Assembly: GCA_043228905.1 (NCBI GenBank)
Contig: JBHGNT010000007.1
Location: 8,370,001-8,434,000 of the forward strand
Direction: 5' to 3'
Source: Azolla caroliniana
Taxonomy: Eukaryota; Plantae; Polypodiophyta
Length of the DNA stretch: 64,000 bases
Shown here: positions 13,061-28,153 of the stretch, piece by piece
Layout of the letters: the number at the start of each line of letters is the position of its first letter
Position numbering within the stretch: position 1 is the stretch's first letter
Notes under the pieces: generated by a model
What the model saw: the letters and a program-made list of their open reading frames with translations, nothing else
What the model was told of the DNA's origin: nothing
The model's database searches: none
Position numbers and translations under genes: made by a program

Positions 13061-16000
13061 GGGTGAGTGATTGGGTCAGTTGGCCGGCGGCCTTTGGACA
13101 AAACCTTTGTTGGTCTGAGTTCCTTCAAGGATACATATACATATATATGTATGTAACTTATAAGTATGTATGTATCATACATACCCTTCTCACACATTCC
13201 CATCTTAACCGAGAGATATGCATACATGCATACTTAAAAATGTCCTTTTATATTTACCATATCAAGCTTGTCTCTCATCGCCCTTGCTTCTTCTCCTCTC
13301 CTCCGATTCAATCCGCGCATCTCCTGTTTGCTCCCCCCCCCCCCCCCCCCCCCACTTCATTCGACTATTTTGTGTCCGGTGCCGCATCTCATGTTTGCTC
13401 CCCACTTAATTCGACTGTGTTTGTGTCCCATGTAGTCGTCCTTTTCTTTTTGCGACTGACTGTGTTAAGTGAAATGGACCAATTTGCATATAGGAACGAA
13501 CATATGTTTTGCCATTTGTCCGTAGTGTGATTGAAAATTTCCCGTGATGCTCAGCTCCAGGTTAGTTATTCTGTAAGAAGGTGCGCGAGAATATGGCGTG
13601 GATTGAAACATATGGAATCGTTGTCATTCGATTGCATGTCATTCCTCACCCATTAGTTGGTTAAGAATGTTATCGTATGGTTATAAACCAGACTTAGGTG
13701 TGCTCCCTCCGCCAAAGTATCTAGGTCACCTTCCAGACTCGCTTCTTGTATGCACTTCCGAATGACTAACTCTCCATGAAACCAAACCCATGTTCTTTCA
13801 CTTGTTTTCTCGCCCACTTTTATTGATGATGTACATACATATTTCAGACAATTCGCCACTATGCATTTATTTTGATGTCATGCTCTATTTATTGCGAAAG
13901 CAAAGCAATGTTGTGAATATCATGTGAGGACATAACCTTGAGTTACCATTTTGCTGTTATTCGACGAAACAAGAGATAGAAAAAAAAAAAAAACATAGCA
14001 ACTTGTCATTTAAGATTGCAGATAAGGATGTGAAGGTGCACTTGAGCAGGCCTTTCTCGCTCGTCACATTGATTGGACTCGTTGATGGGTATACAATAGC
14101 AATTGAATGGGTCATTGTGAATTGTGCACCCTCGCAAGGAACAATGAGTATTTCTTAAGAAACAAATCACCCCTAATGAGGAGGTGGTGATGAAATGCAT
14201 GAGCCAACTCGTTCACTTATTTAAATATTTATACCAAAGCGAAAAGGATACTCGAAACCAATAGTGCTACAGAAGAAGGTGGAGTTATGATTGTGATAAA
14301 CAAGGAAAATGAATGTAAAGAGACGGATAGAGGTTTCTATGCGTCCCCTCTTGAATCATATCTACCCCATGACCCACCACTCGATCATTCAGGACTTTCA
14401 ATAAAAAGATAAAAAGCTAGTATCATTTTATTTCTAAAGCAAATCAACCGTAGTGGAGCATTGTCCAATAGTGACATCTAGCAAAGAGAAACAGTAGAAC
14501 GAAAAGAAACGACGAATCTTGAAATGATATGAAAAATATATATTGCTAAATGAGGCTTGAGGATGCATGGAGGATGTCTTCAATCGTTAGCAAAAGTGAG
14601 GTTGCGCACACCATTACAACGTATATAAAATATATGATTTACCTTAGTCTACACATAGTTTATTTCGATTCCAACACTAAATTAACATAGTTAGCTTACA
14701 ATAGCGATGTTTGATATGCTAACTCAATTGATTGAGATAGAGCAAAGATGGACGACGAGGAATCTTATTCAAATGTCTATAACCTTGTCAACACCCATGG
14801 TCATATGGAAGTTGCAACGGCACACCATCATCTATCGATATTGAATATACAAGCTCATTATAAAATAATGGTGGGATCTCTCCCCAACATGTTGGGGGAT
14901 ATTGTTTGTCACTAAAATTAGTATGAAATATCTTGACAACATGTTTTTTGTTGGGAATATTCCTTCATTCCTTAAACCATAATTGAGTTGTGTGCTTGTT
15001 GACGTTTGTTATACCTTGTTGTATGACTTGTCAATGGCTCACCTTATACCTTATTCTTTGTAAGAAGAAGGGGGGAAAAAACATATAATCTTTTCCATAT
15101 AGCGAACAATATATGAGTTCATTGCCTTTGTTTATCGATATTATAATAGGCGCACCAACACGTACACACACCAACTTGTTTTTAAATGCTTCGTGAACAT
15201 CTCGATGTCACATGCAAATATAATAGAGTCTTAGTAAGCAACATTATCCGTGCTTTTTGGCTCTCATTTATTCATGCAACTATGAGATTGCCATGATAGT
15301 CATGGTTCCCAATGGCTAAGCATATGCTCTCTTCTTTCGGAGCTCTATGCTCTATGCTCATGCGCACCAATATTAAATTCGTTCGAAGGCGAACTTGTGA
15401 TGATGATCTCTTGTAATTGAAGTTAAGTTAATCATATGGGTGGAATTCAAATAAGACACTCTACTAAAATGTTACATGATTTAAATATGGTTCCACGTGC
15501 TTACATATGTTAACATGCTATGATCGTGATATTGCAAAAGCTAGTTCACCTAAAATGCTTGACATTGAGTTCTTGAGAAGGCATACACCAAAATTCAATC
15601 TAAACAAGGGCTACAATTTTCTAAGACTCAAAATATGTATAAATCCATATGATTGTTTGTTCTTAGGGATCAACTGTAGGTAAAATGGTGAAGAGCTCCA
15701 AGAGTGCAACGTAATGTGAAGTTTGGATGGAACTTTATTGCTGAAACATTGAGCAACTTGTGATTACAAACGCGGAAACACTCAACTATCAATGGTTGCA
15801 GAACAACATTCCTTTGTACCCTTTGCATTTATTTCGTTGCATCACATTACCACAAAAAATTGTTGGGGCATTTAGTGTCCTCTAGACGAATCATGTATGG
15901 GAGATACATTTGAGTGGCTCGTTCAGCATGGATATTGTTTGTCATGTTTGGGTGGGGAATATGAATGGACATGTATCACATATGTTGATGGTGCGTGTTA

Positions 16001-16297
16001 GTTTCGGTGGCTTGTTCAACCATGAAGTTTGTGTCCAGGTGATGAGTGTGCATGAAGGAAACGTGTATCATACGCGTACTTGTTCGGGGCCAACCATGGG
16101 CTAGCAGTAGGACACAGACACGGACATGAACAACTTGTGGACAAGATAATATCAATGGGAGGTTCGGCTCACACACATATAGGGGGAGCCCTTGAAGCCG
16201 AAGGAGAAAGAAATGCATATGAGGAAATGGTGGCCATGGAGGGGTTTGGTTTTTTTGAGGTTGGTTTGGAATGGCCAGCCCAAAACTGATATAGGGT

Positions 16298-16331
<34 letters not shown>

Positions 16332-16458
16332 ACACAAAAAGAGACATTGAGATAATGATTGGGTGGGTGGCAGATGTTGATAGAGGTGGAAAGAGAGAGA
16401 GAGAGAGATGTGAAAGGCGGGAACTTAGAGAGAAAGAGAGAAAGAGAGGGGGACAGCT

Positions 16459-16468
16459 GGCACGTGCC
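16459..16468. promoter_or_regulatory. Palindromic G-box GGCACGTGCC upstream of a CT-rich tract on the minus strand
   Basis: Motif seen directly; function is inferred only. Confidence 0.35.
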
Positions 16469-17300
16469 CAAAAGTTTGAAAAAAAACATCAGTTCAAAAA
16501 AATCAGATACCCCTTTTTTTGTTTATTTCTTATTAGATACATACAATATGTGTTTAATTTACATAAACATGAATCTATTTACATATATTTAATTTTTGCT
16601 CATTTTCTAGTTTTAATCTATTTTCCCCCAAAAAACAAAAAAGAAGAAGAAAAGAACAAGGATTTCGATAATTTAAAATTTAAATAAACAATTGAGAGAG
16701 ACACAGAAACTTGAAATAATTTTTTCTTTTTAAAAACACGATCCGAAGAGATCAAAAAGTATTTCCCCCATTATTTTATTTCCTTTACATATTTATTTTT
16801 TATTGCATTAATGTGTGGGAATAGCTCTTCTTTTTTCAATGCCTTTTTGTTCTTTTTTAAATGTGAATAAAAATAAATGAATCAATAATAATAGTAATAA
16901 ACGTCGCCATCATCATCCAATGGCGTCAAAAAAAATGAAAAACAAACAGGGCTTTTTTTTACTGCGTTCCCGCTTTTTTTAAAATAATAATTTCTGCTTC
17001 ATTTTCAAAAAACAAAAACAAAACAAGAAGGGCTCTCATTTTGTTTTTTTCCCTATTCATGTATGTACATACATATATATATTTCTAGTGTTTATTATTT
17101 ATTTATTTATTTATCTATTTATATATATTATCCGCTATTCGGTCGTCCTGGCCACCACCACTATGTGGACCAATTGGGACGAACGAGACAGTGTGAAACC
17201 GTTCAAGAGCTGTTTCCCACGATTACCAATCCAATGTGAAAAAACCCCAACTTCCAAGGGCGCTTAATCTCAGTGCATCGCTTAGAGAACTCTATCGACA

Positions 17301-17359
<59 letters not shown>

Positions 17360-20300
17360 TATGTATGACCATAATGTGGCATTGTGGTATATTCACTTAC
17401 CTATATTGCTTTTCGATTTGCTAGGACAGCTTAAGACTTACACATGTTAACTATCTATTACATCCCTGTGAAGGATTGGTTACGAAGGCATTATATGATA
17501 CCCTTGGGAATATGTGGACTTTTCATGTTTATATGTTCAATTTGATCTTCTTGTGTTACCTTGTTTGTGGTCTTTCTTAGGACAAATGTCGATATTGCGC
17601 GACAGAGCCATTTATGCGGCACCCCCTTGAAATAAATATATTACACCGAAAGCAAACCTTCCTGAGTGAATGATGTCAAAGAGGATTGTCCATTACCATG
17701 GCTTCTCTACTCAGCCTAGGGGCACTCCTCGTGCTTTCGCACTTGTGTTTTCTAGGCCAAGCTTTGATACATCTAAGCTCAACCAATCAATTTAAAAAGT
17801 GAAGCCATTTCTTCATTTGTAAAGAAACATTAATTTCGTTGTGGTTAATAAATATGTGCGATCACATTTTATTTGTGTGTGGATGTGAAGTGACATCATG
17901 TCACATGATATTGTACTCAATGTATAGAAACATAACATTTGCCCATCATGATCGTTTCTTTCTTTTAGTTCGTTCTAATTCGAAAAATAATTGCATCACT
18001 CTCAAAGCTAATGTGCGTTGACCTAAACGTGGTTATCTTGATGCTTTGGGTGTTTACATGTAATGATGGTCGTTATGGTTGCTTAGTTGTTGTTCCTCAT
18101 GCATTCAAGTATCGCATCTAGAACTCCAACCATTAGGCATGGAGGCTTTGATGGAGGCCACGGCCCACAACAATCTTCTAGCTACCATTAGTTGTCTAAG
18201 ATGGAGAATTTTGATGTGTTTGTCAAATCCCTTGATGTCCAACCTCATATACACTTGCACTCAAACATCTTTTACCATCGTAGTAATATAATGAGGACAT
18301 GTATGGCGAAAACTAGGGCGATATACCCTTATATTATTCTTCCACGAGACAATTTACAATTAGCCTCAGCATGACATACGACCATGCTTTATGTCACCCA
18401 AAATTTTGAGAAAATATTGTGCAACATCTTGTATCACAAGCTTTTATTGGTTGATGTACTGAACGTGCATTATTCAAAAGTTAAACACCGATGCAAGTCT
18501 TCAAAATAACAACTTTATGAAGCTCACTAAGTTTGACCAAGAATGGAGCTCGCGAACTTTTAATAATCGAGACGCATGTTTGCTGCACATGGGGATAGGG
18601 TGTGTGACTTTGTCCGGAGAAGAAATATCTGAGTTTTAGTGTAATTCACACTTACAATGGAAATCACTTTCAAAGCGACGAAACCGAAGGTACATACACC
18701 TCGAAAATTTTGATATGTTCAAGAAAGCAAAAAGAAAAACAAACCTTCAATTGTCGAGATGTTTGTTAAAATCAATCGCATCAATATATTTATATGAATC
18801 TTTATTACCTTTTGGTAAAAAAACGGTATTTTTGGAGCACTTGATAGGGTGCCAACAATAAAGATGACAATCACATGAGGGTGGAGTCCAACTCATGAAT
18901 TCATGATGACTTTAATGCATTGTGTAGGAACATAATCAAAATATGTGTTAGATGAAATTCTTTACCCTGGTAACTCGACCCAATCCTCGAATTGAATGAA
19001 TGAAATGTGTGGGTGGTGGCCTTATCTAATCACATTAGAACATTGGAATCTCTCCTTTTTCATTAATCCTTCACACAGAAGAAAATAATTTACGAATACG
19101 ATTTGGTCTTATCCTAATAATGTGGGAAATGTCAAGAGCAAGACAGCGCGGTGGAAAGATGAAGCCAACATAAAACACATGAAACAAGCGAAAGAAAGAG
19201 CATGGGAATTTATAAGAAATAGAAAACCTTGACAAAGAGAGGATAAAAAATAAAAGAACATAGGGTAGGATTAGCGACCCACGTTATCGTGAAAATGATT
19301 TTATTAAGATTGGGAATTAATTATAGGTCAATGCGCTACATGCAAAACCGATTCCGAATTGTTCATTTGTATTGTATTTTTAATATGCGTATCTATAACT
19401 GTCCATAACACCCACATATTCCTCCGTGCACTCAAGCATACCATGAGGAACTATAAGCATTTACTTGGCCCAAATATATGGTGCTATAGATGCCAATATG
19501 CAAATCATAATGAAGATATGAAGTTGAACCACATCCATGGCAAAGAGAGATGATATCAAGAACACATAAGCACAAACACGTCTATCGATAAAAAGCAAAA
19601 CCTTAGAGGGAGGGAGGGAGGGAGGGGTGTAGGTCAATTGGTAAAGGTTGTTTGGCAAAACAAGAAATCATGCTTTCAACCCCTACATATTATAGAGCCA
19701 TGTTGCAAAATAGTGGCAAAACACAAAGGGATTGAAACTTTGCATCTTCAACTAGACTAAGGAGGTGATAAGTGAATCACAATGCTAAAGAAATTGATTG
19801 ATGAATATGTCATTCGAGAGTCCATGTTGTGGTTAGGAGAATTGTGTATGGATAGTTTGACACTACTTGCAAGAAGTCAAGAATGAGGATAAATTATGTA
19901 GTTAACAAAAGCCCTAAGAACATCATAGGGACCGTATGGTCACGTGTTCACAACCCTAATTCTTCATTGCCATTATTAATTACTTGTGCACTAATACATA
20001 GGGTAAAACACATACATTTCGTGTATTTTTCATAAATGTGCCAATATGATTTATTATAAAGCTTAGTGGAGTGAACAATCATATATGCTTCATATCATAA
20101 AGTAAAGTGCTTCTTGTACTTGAGCTTTTAATCAGAGAGATTGGTGGGGGAGGGGGAGGAAGGGGTCTTGAAGGTATAGTTCCATGATTGTCGAATGGAT
20201 GTACATATGGGATAGATGAGAGTTGAAAATATGGGAAAAGAAAACTTAAAGACAACGGAGGGCAGATCGTTACAATAGAGTGTGATATATAGACTTGCAA

Positions 20301-23300
20301 ACTTGTTTAGGGCAAAACATGCATAATTGATGATTTTCCTCCCCAATGTCCCACCAATGTCCCAATGCATTGTCTCAAATTGATGTGAATGTGGATAAGT
20401 CATATGGAAACAATGGTGTGGATCGTGGACAGAGGAACATGTTTTAACATGAATGGGCGAGTATTGCCCCGTTAGAGACAAATATGTTTTTTGTAGTTTG
20501 GTGCAACAAATGTAATGCAACGAATGATACATGATCCTCCACAACTCTCTCATGTTCTAATACATTGACTTTGTAAAGAGCCTCAATCACTCAGGGATCT
20601 ATCAAGGCATCATGAAGCAAGTTCAACACATTCCATATTTCATACTGCTTCTACATATCTTGCATCCACCTAGAAGTGAATGTTTTGCTTGTGTATATGT
20701 CTTTTAAACATTTTCACTTGCTTCCCATGCATGTATGTGTCTATACCTTGATTTGAAAAAGTCTATAAGAAAACTATTTTGATCATGTTCAAACTCTTCC
20801 CCGTGTGGGTTGGAGATCCCACCAATCCCATATATAAGCATTGGAGTCATCAAAGGATCAAACACGTAATTCTTGAGAGCCTATCACTTGATTTCTTATA
20901 TAGATACATTCTCAAATGCATATTATTCCCTCTTTCTAGCCTATTTGCCACGAGGAGCACATATATTTTATATACAATTGGAGGGTGTCACAAGGCCAAT
21001 GCATTTGTTTCAAGTGGCTCCTTATTGTAAATGATGCATGTTGATCCTTATCAAGACCAAGAGTCTTCACAAGTAGAAGCTTTGTTAGAGAGAGGCTATA
21101 GCTTTACACACATTGCCATTATATTTGCATAACATCACAATAAGTTATTTTAGGCTTCTTTTGTTGATTGTATTTTTTAGATGTTAAGATAACCTAGACT
21201 CTGAAGTTAAAGAGTGATTCTAAGCATCATGAAAGCCTTTCACATGTGAATGACTTGTGGTCTTCCATGTACATTTGATCATTGGTAATAATATAATTTC
21301 ACCAAAACCAACTGTACTATTGTACAATTCTTCACATTGCCAATTGATGCATGTGAAATGTACACACTAATATATCTGGTTATTGCCGTAGAAGAAACAT
21401 GGCTATGATAATATTTTATGACATACGGTCGATGGGCTGTTTAATATTTTGGGTTGTGTGCAAACATTACACGAGGTACCTCAAAATATTCAAAGCGGTG
21501 ACCTATAATATTGTCAATGACACTTTCACCATGAAGAAGAGATGTGAAGAAGAATAAGTTGGAAAATATCATGTTTTAATGCTAAACGCAAACACAATGC
21601 TCCCATGACCAAATATTGAAGCATTTGATTAGAATTTGAATATTGATTTAGAACAAGTTGTTAAATCTAACCAATAAATCTATTTGTAATTATGATAAGA
21701 TGCAATTTCTAAAATTTCAACATTTTTATGGCGATCACAATGCACATTGATCGGGCACAATTGTTAATGTTGAGCAATTAATGTGTATTCTTTTAGTATT
21801 AAATACACAAACATGTCTGTATTTACTCATTAAACAAGGGAATTGGGTGACTGATGCTTTAGTTTGGATATTATGCATTTGCTCATCGTGTGTGTTAGTC
21901 ATGCTTTTTGTGATTGTGAGAATTCCAATATTTGGGTATCTCATTTCAAACAATGGCATTAGAGTCACTGGTTTCATCTACACTTCCATGCCACATTAAC
22001 CATGGGAAATTTTTGAATATGCACAACTCTTATTAACTTTCTCGTTATGTTATAATTGTCCAATTGACATTGAGCCTTTGACTTGCTAATTAATACACTT
22101 TGGACTCAATTTTAGGCTTTCTAGTATTTTGAAATAATCCAAAAAGGATTCTTTCTTTCAACTCATAACAAATAGGCTTCATTGGGCAACTTTTGGAGTT
22201 GTAATTTGGAGGGAAAGTTATCTCTTTTAGACCACAACTCTAAATTGAGCCAGCCTTGGTGTTTGTGAATCTTCTCATGTTATATGGTATTGACAACATC
22301 TTAAAATCTTTGGCCACTCTCAATGGAGAAGTACATCAATGACACTACATGACACTCAATACAAGGCCCAACTTGGGGCTAAAACTTTTTAATTTAGGGA
22401 AACAAGATTCCGCACATATTATAGCGATTGTGTGAGTTCGTTGATACATCCATATTGATTAAAGATGGAGCCTATAGGCGATAATGCCCTTACTTTTCAC
22501 TATATTACATAGCATCCATAAAGAAATGATTGGAAATGACCAACTACTCGATGACTTTAAGTCAATTCCCCATTAATTATTGTAAACATGAAGGAAACTA
22601 CCTATGGTTATGTGCTATCACAAGCAAACATTCGGTGATGGATCCTAATTAAATATCTAAGGCCATGTCAATCACACAATCATTTTAGTGAAAACAATAT
22701 GATGCGATTGTATTCATTTGGTCAAACCTCCCTTCTGACACATGTGTGTGTGTGCGCGCGCACACACACACACACACACATTGGTGGTGGTGTATAAGGG
22801 GAAAGAAAAAGTTTGGAATTAAGCATGTTATTGTTAGCTTATGCAACATGGCAAATGTCAATTCATTGGAGTAGAAGACATACATTTTTTCCCATAAGTG
22901 ATGAAGAAAGGTAAACGGTAAGGGAAAGCCTACATGACAAAATTGATGGATTCAGTGAAATATGAAAATGGATTATACATCATTATGGTTAAAAGCAATT
23001 AAAGAAATCCATCTTTGGATGAGACAATTCTATTAGGGTTGTGTGGGGCATAGTTTGACACTAAGAGAGTCAAATTGCATTTGAATTTATCAAAAGCTCC
23101 CTCAATCTATATATAGTAGATGGGAATGGGAATGAAAATATTATAAAAGAAAATTGGGCTGCATTTGAATAAAATATACGTAAATTTGACTCTTTTCACT
23201 TCATTGTAGTCAATTTGGCTCAATTGAACACTAATGCGTCATGTGGAAAAGCCATAGATGATTATTCTAGGGAAAGTTGATGGATACTTTAAGATGTATT

Positions 23301-25355
23301 GATTGAAGTTTATGACAATTAGAATTGTGGGTCGCTCAATCGATTATGGAATGTGGTGCATCATTTTCAAATTGCCAAAGAAGGAATTCAACTTGGTGTG
23401 TGCTTAAGCAAGAAAATGAAAGCCAATATCATTTTTTTGTTGATGAGATACGACTTCATTTTCTATTTGAACAAGTAGAATGTTATAACCAATTGTGTGG
23501 CCAATGTGTGCAACCTTTGTTTCATGTGAAGTTTTATTGATTGTGTTACATCAAATTTGATCAAAAGACGAAATTATTTAGAAATTATTTAGAGTGACTT
23601 GCAATAAAGTTGATGCATTTGGAGTTGCGTCAATAACATTAAGGATGCATCCATCCAATACACACAAAACAAATATTGCAAAAGTTTATAATGAATAAAA
23701 TTCTTGATTTACACACACACTTTAACTTGTATTGAGGGTCCAACTTATTACCAATAGGAGTTGTTGAGAGTGCCATGGGGATATGAATCCAAGCATTAGT
23801 GAGTGAGCAAGCACGCAAGAGCCCCCTTGCAATATTGTATGTATCATATATACTGTGCAAACATGTAACAGTTCCCATCATGAATCAATATCCCCCACCT
23901 TCTTGACTATCGTAAAGCCATCTAATGCCCAACTAAATTGGGAATGATGCAAAAGGTTGCTTCTTATAAAGAACTAAAGAATATAGTTTCAATGCAACAT
24001 AATAGATTTAAGTAAGATATGTTATGACTTATGTGTGTATGTGTGTGAGAGAGTTTTATTATTGTCCTTGAGGTAACCAAAATTGAATCATTTTGATAGA
24101 GTTTGTGTCAGATTGAGTAGTGACTTTTGATGTTCAAGATTTTTTTTAATGAACATTGCAATCAAGAGTGCACATTATGATTGTACGAGGAATTATGAAG
24201 GGGAGTGGACCATATTGATGATTTGTGGAAAGCTAACTCAAACATGGTCAAATTTAGGGCATTGTATCAATGTGATACTCTAAGTCCCATGCTCGTACAA
24301 GGCAAAATATGCATAGTCAACAAGTCTCCTAACTTGTGCCCGAATGGCCCATCTCACATTGAAGAGAATGTAAGCTAAGTCGTATTGAAGCAATAATGAT
24401 GCAAAAGGCAATCAAAGGGATGGGTTCTAACATGTATTGTTAATCAAATCCTAATAAGCTATTTAAAAAACCCTTTATATAGAATGGGTGCCCTAATTGA
24501 TTTGGCATTATCTTCTCATTATTTGCCATGATGGGATTGGGTGGGATATGATATATCCTTTATATTGAACACATTGATTATTCTCTTACAAATGACAAGC
24601 GTGGTTACATTCTTATGATAAAGGTATGACAAGGAAGATGGTCTTTTTAATGCACACATGGGCGTCACCAACTCACCACATGTGTGTTCACATAAAATGT
24701 CAATGATTGAGCTTGTTATCTTAACATGCCCCACCATGCTTAATTATGCTATATTGTATTAGGCCGATCAGTAGGGATTATCGCTTCTTGCTTTTGCATG
24801 CCCCCTCAGGCTCGGAAAATCAAGTAGACATAAATCGGTTGTAGTCAAAAAAATTGTCCAAGCTTGTCCACTCCAAGTGCTTTGATGTATATATCCATTG
24901 TTTGGTTATTGGTTCATATAAGTTGGAGATTGATGTCTCTAACTACAATTCACACTCCAATGCTGTGGTAATTATTATGAATGTGCTCCTTCTCCCAAGT
25001 GGCATCACACATAATTTAATTCAATCACTTAATTTTCAATTCATGTTTTTGTTTAGACATCAAATGCTTAGTTGAAGCTTTACAATATTTTATGGAAAAT
25101 GATGCAAAATTCTATGCAACAAAGGAAATCTTACCCTTAAATTGTTCGTTCCTAGGGTTTCAGATTGGCATGAGGGAGCCCTAAAATGACCCTGGATTCC
25201 TTATTCTACTAGGGACCCCTACATTGTCCATGGGTTCCCTTTTCGAACCTAGGGACCCCCCTACATCTTCCATAGGTTGTTTATTTCCTAATCAGACCTA
25301 GGGATGATCCTAAGTTGGCTAGGACAATTCAAGAAATTGATCCTAGTTAAGGCCA

Positions 25356-25753
25356 TGTTGAGCGAGCAAGCTCAACATGGGTCGGACCGGCTAGACCAGC
25401 AGGTAGGCTAGACCAGAATCGATCCGGTTGGCTAGGCTGTATACTGGATCTAGATCCGGCTTAACATGGGTTTTGGACCAGATGCCGGATCTGAATAACA
25501 GACCGGATGTCGGATCCGAATCGGATGACAGAGCGTTCCGGAATGCCACAAGTGCCGATTAGACCTATCCTAGGAAATATGCCTAATATAGGCAGTTAGT
25601 GTTAGAGGCTCTTTTATGAGCATTGGAGTACTTGTCAGTACTTCTGTTAGTCCTTTTGAGGACATGTATAAATAGTGCTCATTGGGCACATTGTATGTAA
25701 TTGAGTACTGAACATTTTGTAATAGCATTGCTCTGTTGTCTGCTCTCACTCAG

Positions 25754-25790
<37 letters not shown>

Positions 25791-26165
25791 CTTTGCGTTT
25801 ACCTAATTGTAGTACTTCCGGATAATCGGCTATGTACTTTGTGTCTTCCGCATACGCTTTCGCACTTATCTCGTTTTACATGGTATCAGAGTGTGAGGGT
25901 CAAGAACCCTCTGTAGCCAACCGAAAAGCAAAGACTACACAGAGACATCCCTTCTTCCTGAACAATAGGAACATGGATAGAGGATGGGAAGCTCACTTCC
26001 GATGGAGAAGCTCGATAGGAGCAACTTCGCATCTTGGTCGTACCAGATGCACTAGTACCTGCTGAGGCATGGGTACTGGAGTTATGTCAAAGGAGTGAAC
26101 GATGCAGCGCCGGATGTGACACACATGGACTTTCCGGCCTAGGATTAAGCATCAAGCAAAGTTAT
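25356..26165 (+). mobile_element. Ty1/Copia element A, 5' part: LTR 25356-25880, iMet PBS from 25881, gag start; interrupted by element C
   Basis: TGTTGAG..CAAGCTCAACA start shared with element D. The LTR ends TTTTACA followed by TGGTATCAGAG. The gag N-terminus reads EKLDRSNFASWSYQMH*YLLRHGYWSYV. Confidence 0.85.
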
Positions 26166-26312
26166 TGTTACGGGCATGACCATATAATATCCCATGGTGA
26201 GAATTTACCGTACTATTCTATACACGTGGATAAGTGTGAGGGGGACAAGGCCGTCAATGCGGAAGTGCAAGCAACATTCTGTTTGAAGAAAAACGTGTGT
26301 ATGTGCATATGC

Positions 26313-26405
<93 letters not shown>

Positions 26406-28153
26406 ATCGTTATATTCCAATAGCAACAGTTACAAAGAATGACAACCAACCTTTTCTAAAGGTTACAAAGTCACTTTATATAGTGATTGTCCTAGGGCAA
26501 CTGCCCTTTATGCTATTTATAGAAATAGCCCAAACTTGGGTTGTCCAAAGGGATAGTGTGAATACGGCCATTATACACTCGTATTTGACACTCCCTTGTA
26601 ATGGACGTATACATGGGTTATCTAGAAAAGGAAATTACAGGTATATACAAGGTTTATCGAACAGATCGGTTTTGTTAGAATCGGCAAGATCCGAAGACAG
26701 AAGACCGAACCGGTCGGGTCGGAATAGCTGAAGCCGATCCTCAAAGAACCGATGTCGGTGGTCCGAAACCATCCTGTGCTGTGTGTCCGACTTTAACTGG
26801 ACCGATTTTTCGTTACGCCCATCTGGTGCCGAAGGGACTAGAAATGATCCGTCGAAAGACACTTGATCATTCCATCTGCGACATTATCGGTTGTGGATAT
26901 TTTCTCGAGACCGATTTTCCCTGAACGAAGTGATATCGAACGTCGATATGCTTGGAGGCGTTGTGGTGAACCAGATTCTTTGACAAAGCAACAACACCCT
27001 GACTATCGCTATAGACAACTAGAGCTGAGTCGAGGTCAACTTGTCGAAATGTGTGCGCCAGCCGACCGAGCCATAAAGCTTCTTTTGCCGCGTTGGACGC
27101 AACTACATATTTTGCTTTGGTCGTTGAGGTGGCTGTGCACTCCTGAAGTTTCGACTTCCACGAGATTGCTCCATTGCCGAATTTGAAACAATATCTGGTT
27201 GTTGATTTCCGACTGTCCACGCAGCCGACGAAGTCCGAGTTGGTGTAACCGACTACGCTTGAGGTTGATTTCGGGCCAAAAAGAATGTCGTGGTCTTTTG
27301 TGCAAACTAGATATCTGAACACATGCTTGACTGCATTCCAGTGCGATTGGCCGAGGTTGTGCATGAATCTGCTGACGACTCCTACGGCGTGAGAAATATC
27401 AGGCCATGTCGCGACCATCGCGTACATAAGGGAGCCGATTGCCGATGCATACGGTACCGACTTCATATCTTCCCCCTTCGAACTGGATGTTGGGTAGTCT
27501 CGCTAAGATAGCCGAAGGTTAATGGGGAGTGGGGTCGAAGCAAACTTGGCCGAGTGCATGTTGAAGCGTTTCAAGACACGTCCGATGTAGTCGGTTTGAG
27601 ACAAGAAAAGTTGTCGTTTATCGCGATGCCGACTAATCTTCATACCAAGTATGTGTCTTGCCGGACCGAGGTCCTTCATGGCAAACTTCAACCGAGTTTC
27701 GGAATGAGTTTGGTGAGTTCTCCGGCATGTCGGCCGGAGAGTAGCATGTCGTCCACGTAAATGATGAGGAAGACGAGAGACCCGTCTTGAGCTGTTTTGG
27801 TGAAGAGACAGTGGTCCTCATCGCTCTTTGAGAAGCCGATTGATTGGATGAAGTCGTCGAACTTCTTGTACCACTGTTAGGGTGCCTGGTTCAGGCCGTA
27901 GAGACTCTTCCTGAGTCAGTAGACTAGATGTTCTTGGCCGGATGCCACAAAGCCTTTCGGCTGCTCCATATAGATTTCCTCATGTAGGTCACCGTGGAGG
28001 AATGCCGTTTTTACATCTAGCTGAATCAGCTCCAAGTTGTTGGTGGCCACGACGCCGAGCATGAAATGAAGGGTCAACATTTTCACCATTGGTGAAAAGA
28101 TTTCGTCGAAGTCGATGCCATATTCTTGTCTAAATCCATTCGCATCTAATATG

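Noticed and set aside
12615-13530. Many overlapping ORFs of 100+ aa
   Set aside because: Artefacts of dinucleotide microsatellites (SLSL, ERER, CVCV, HTHT)
17150-25350. AT-rich stretch with coding-like patches, possibly a decayed DNA transposon
   Set aside because: Too degenerate to assign; no ORF or TIR/TSD pair could be supported
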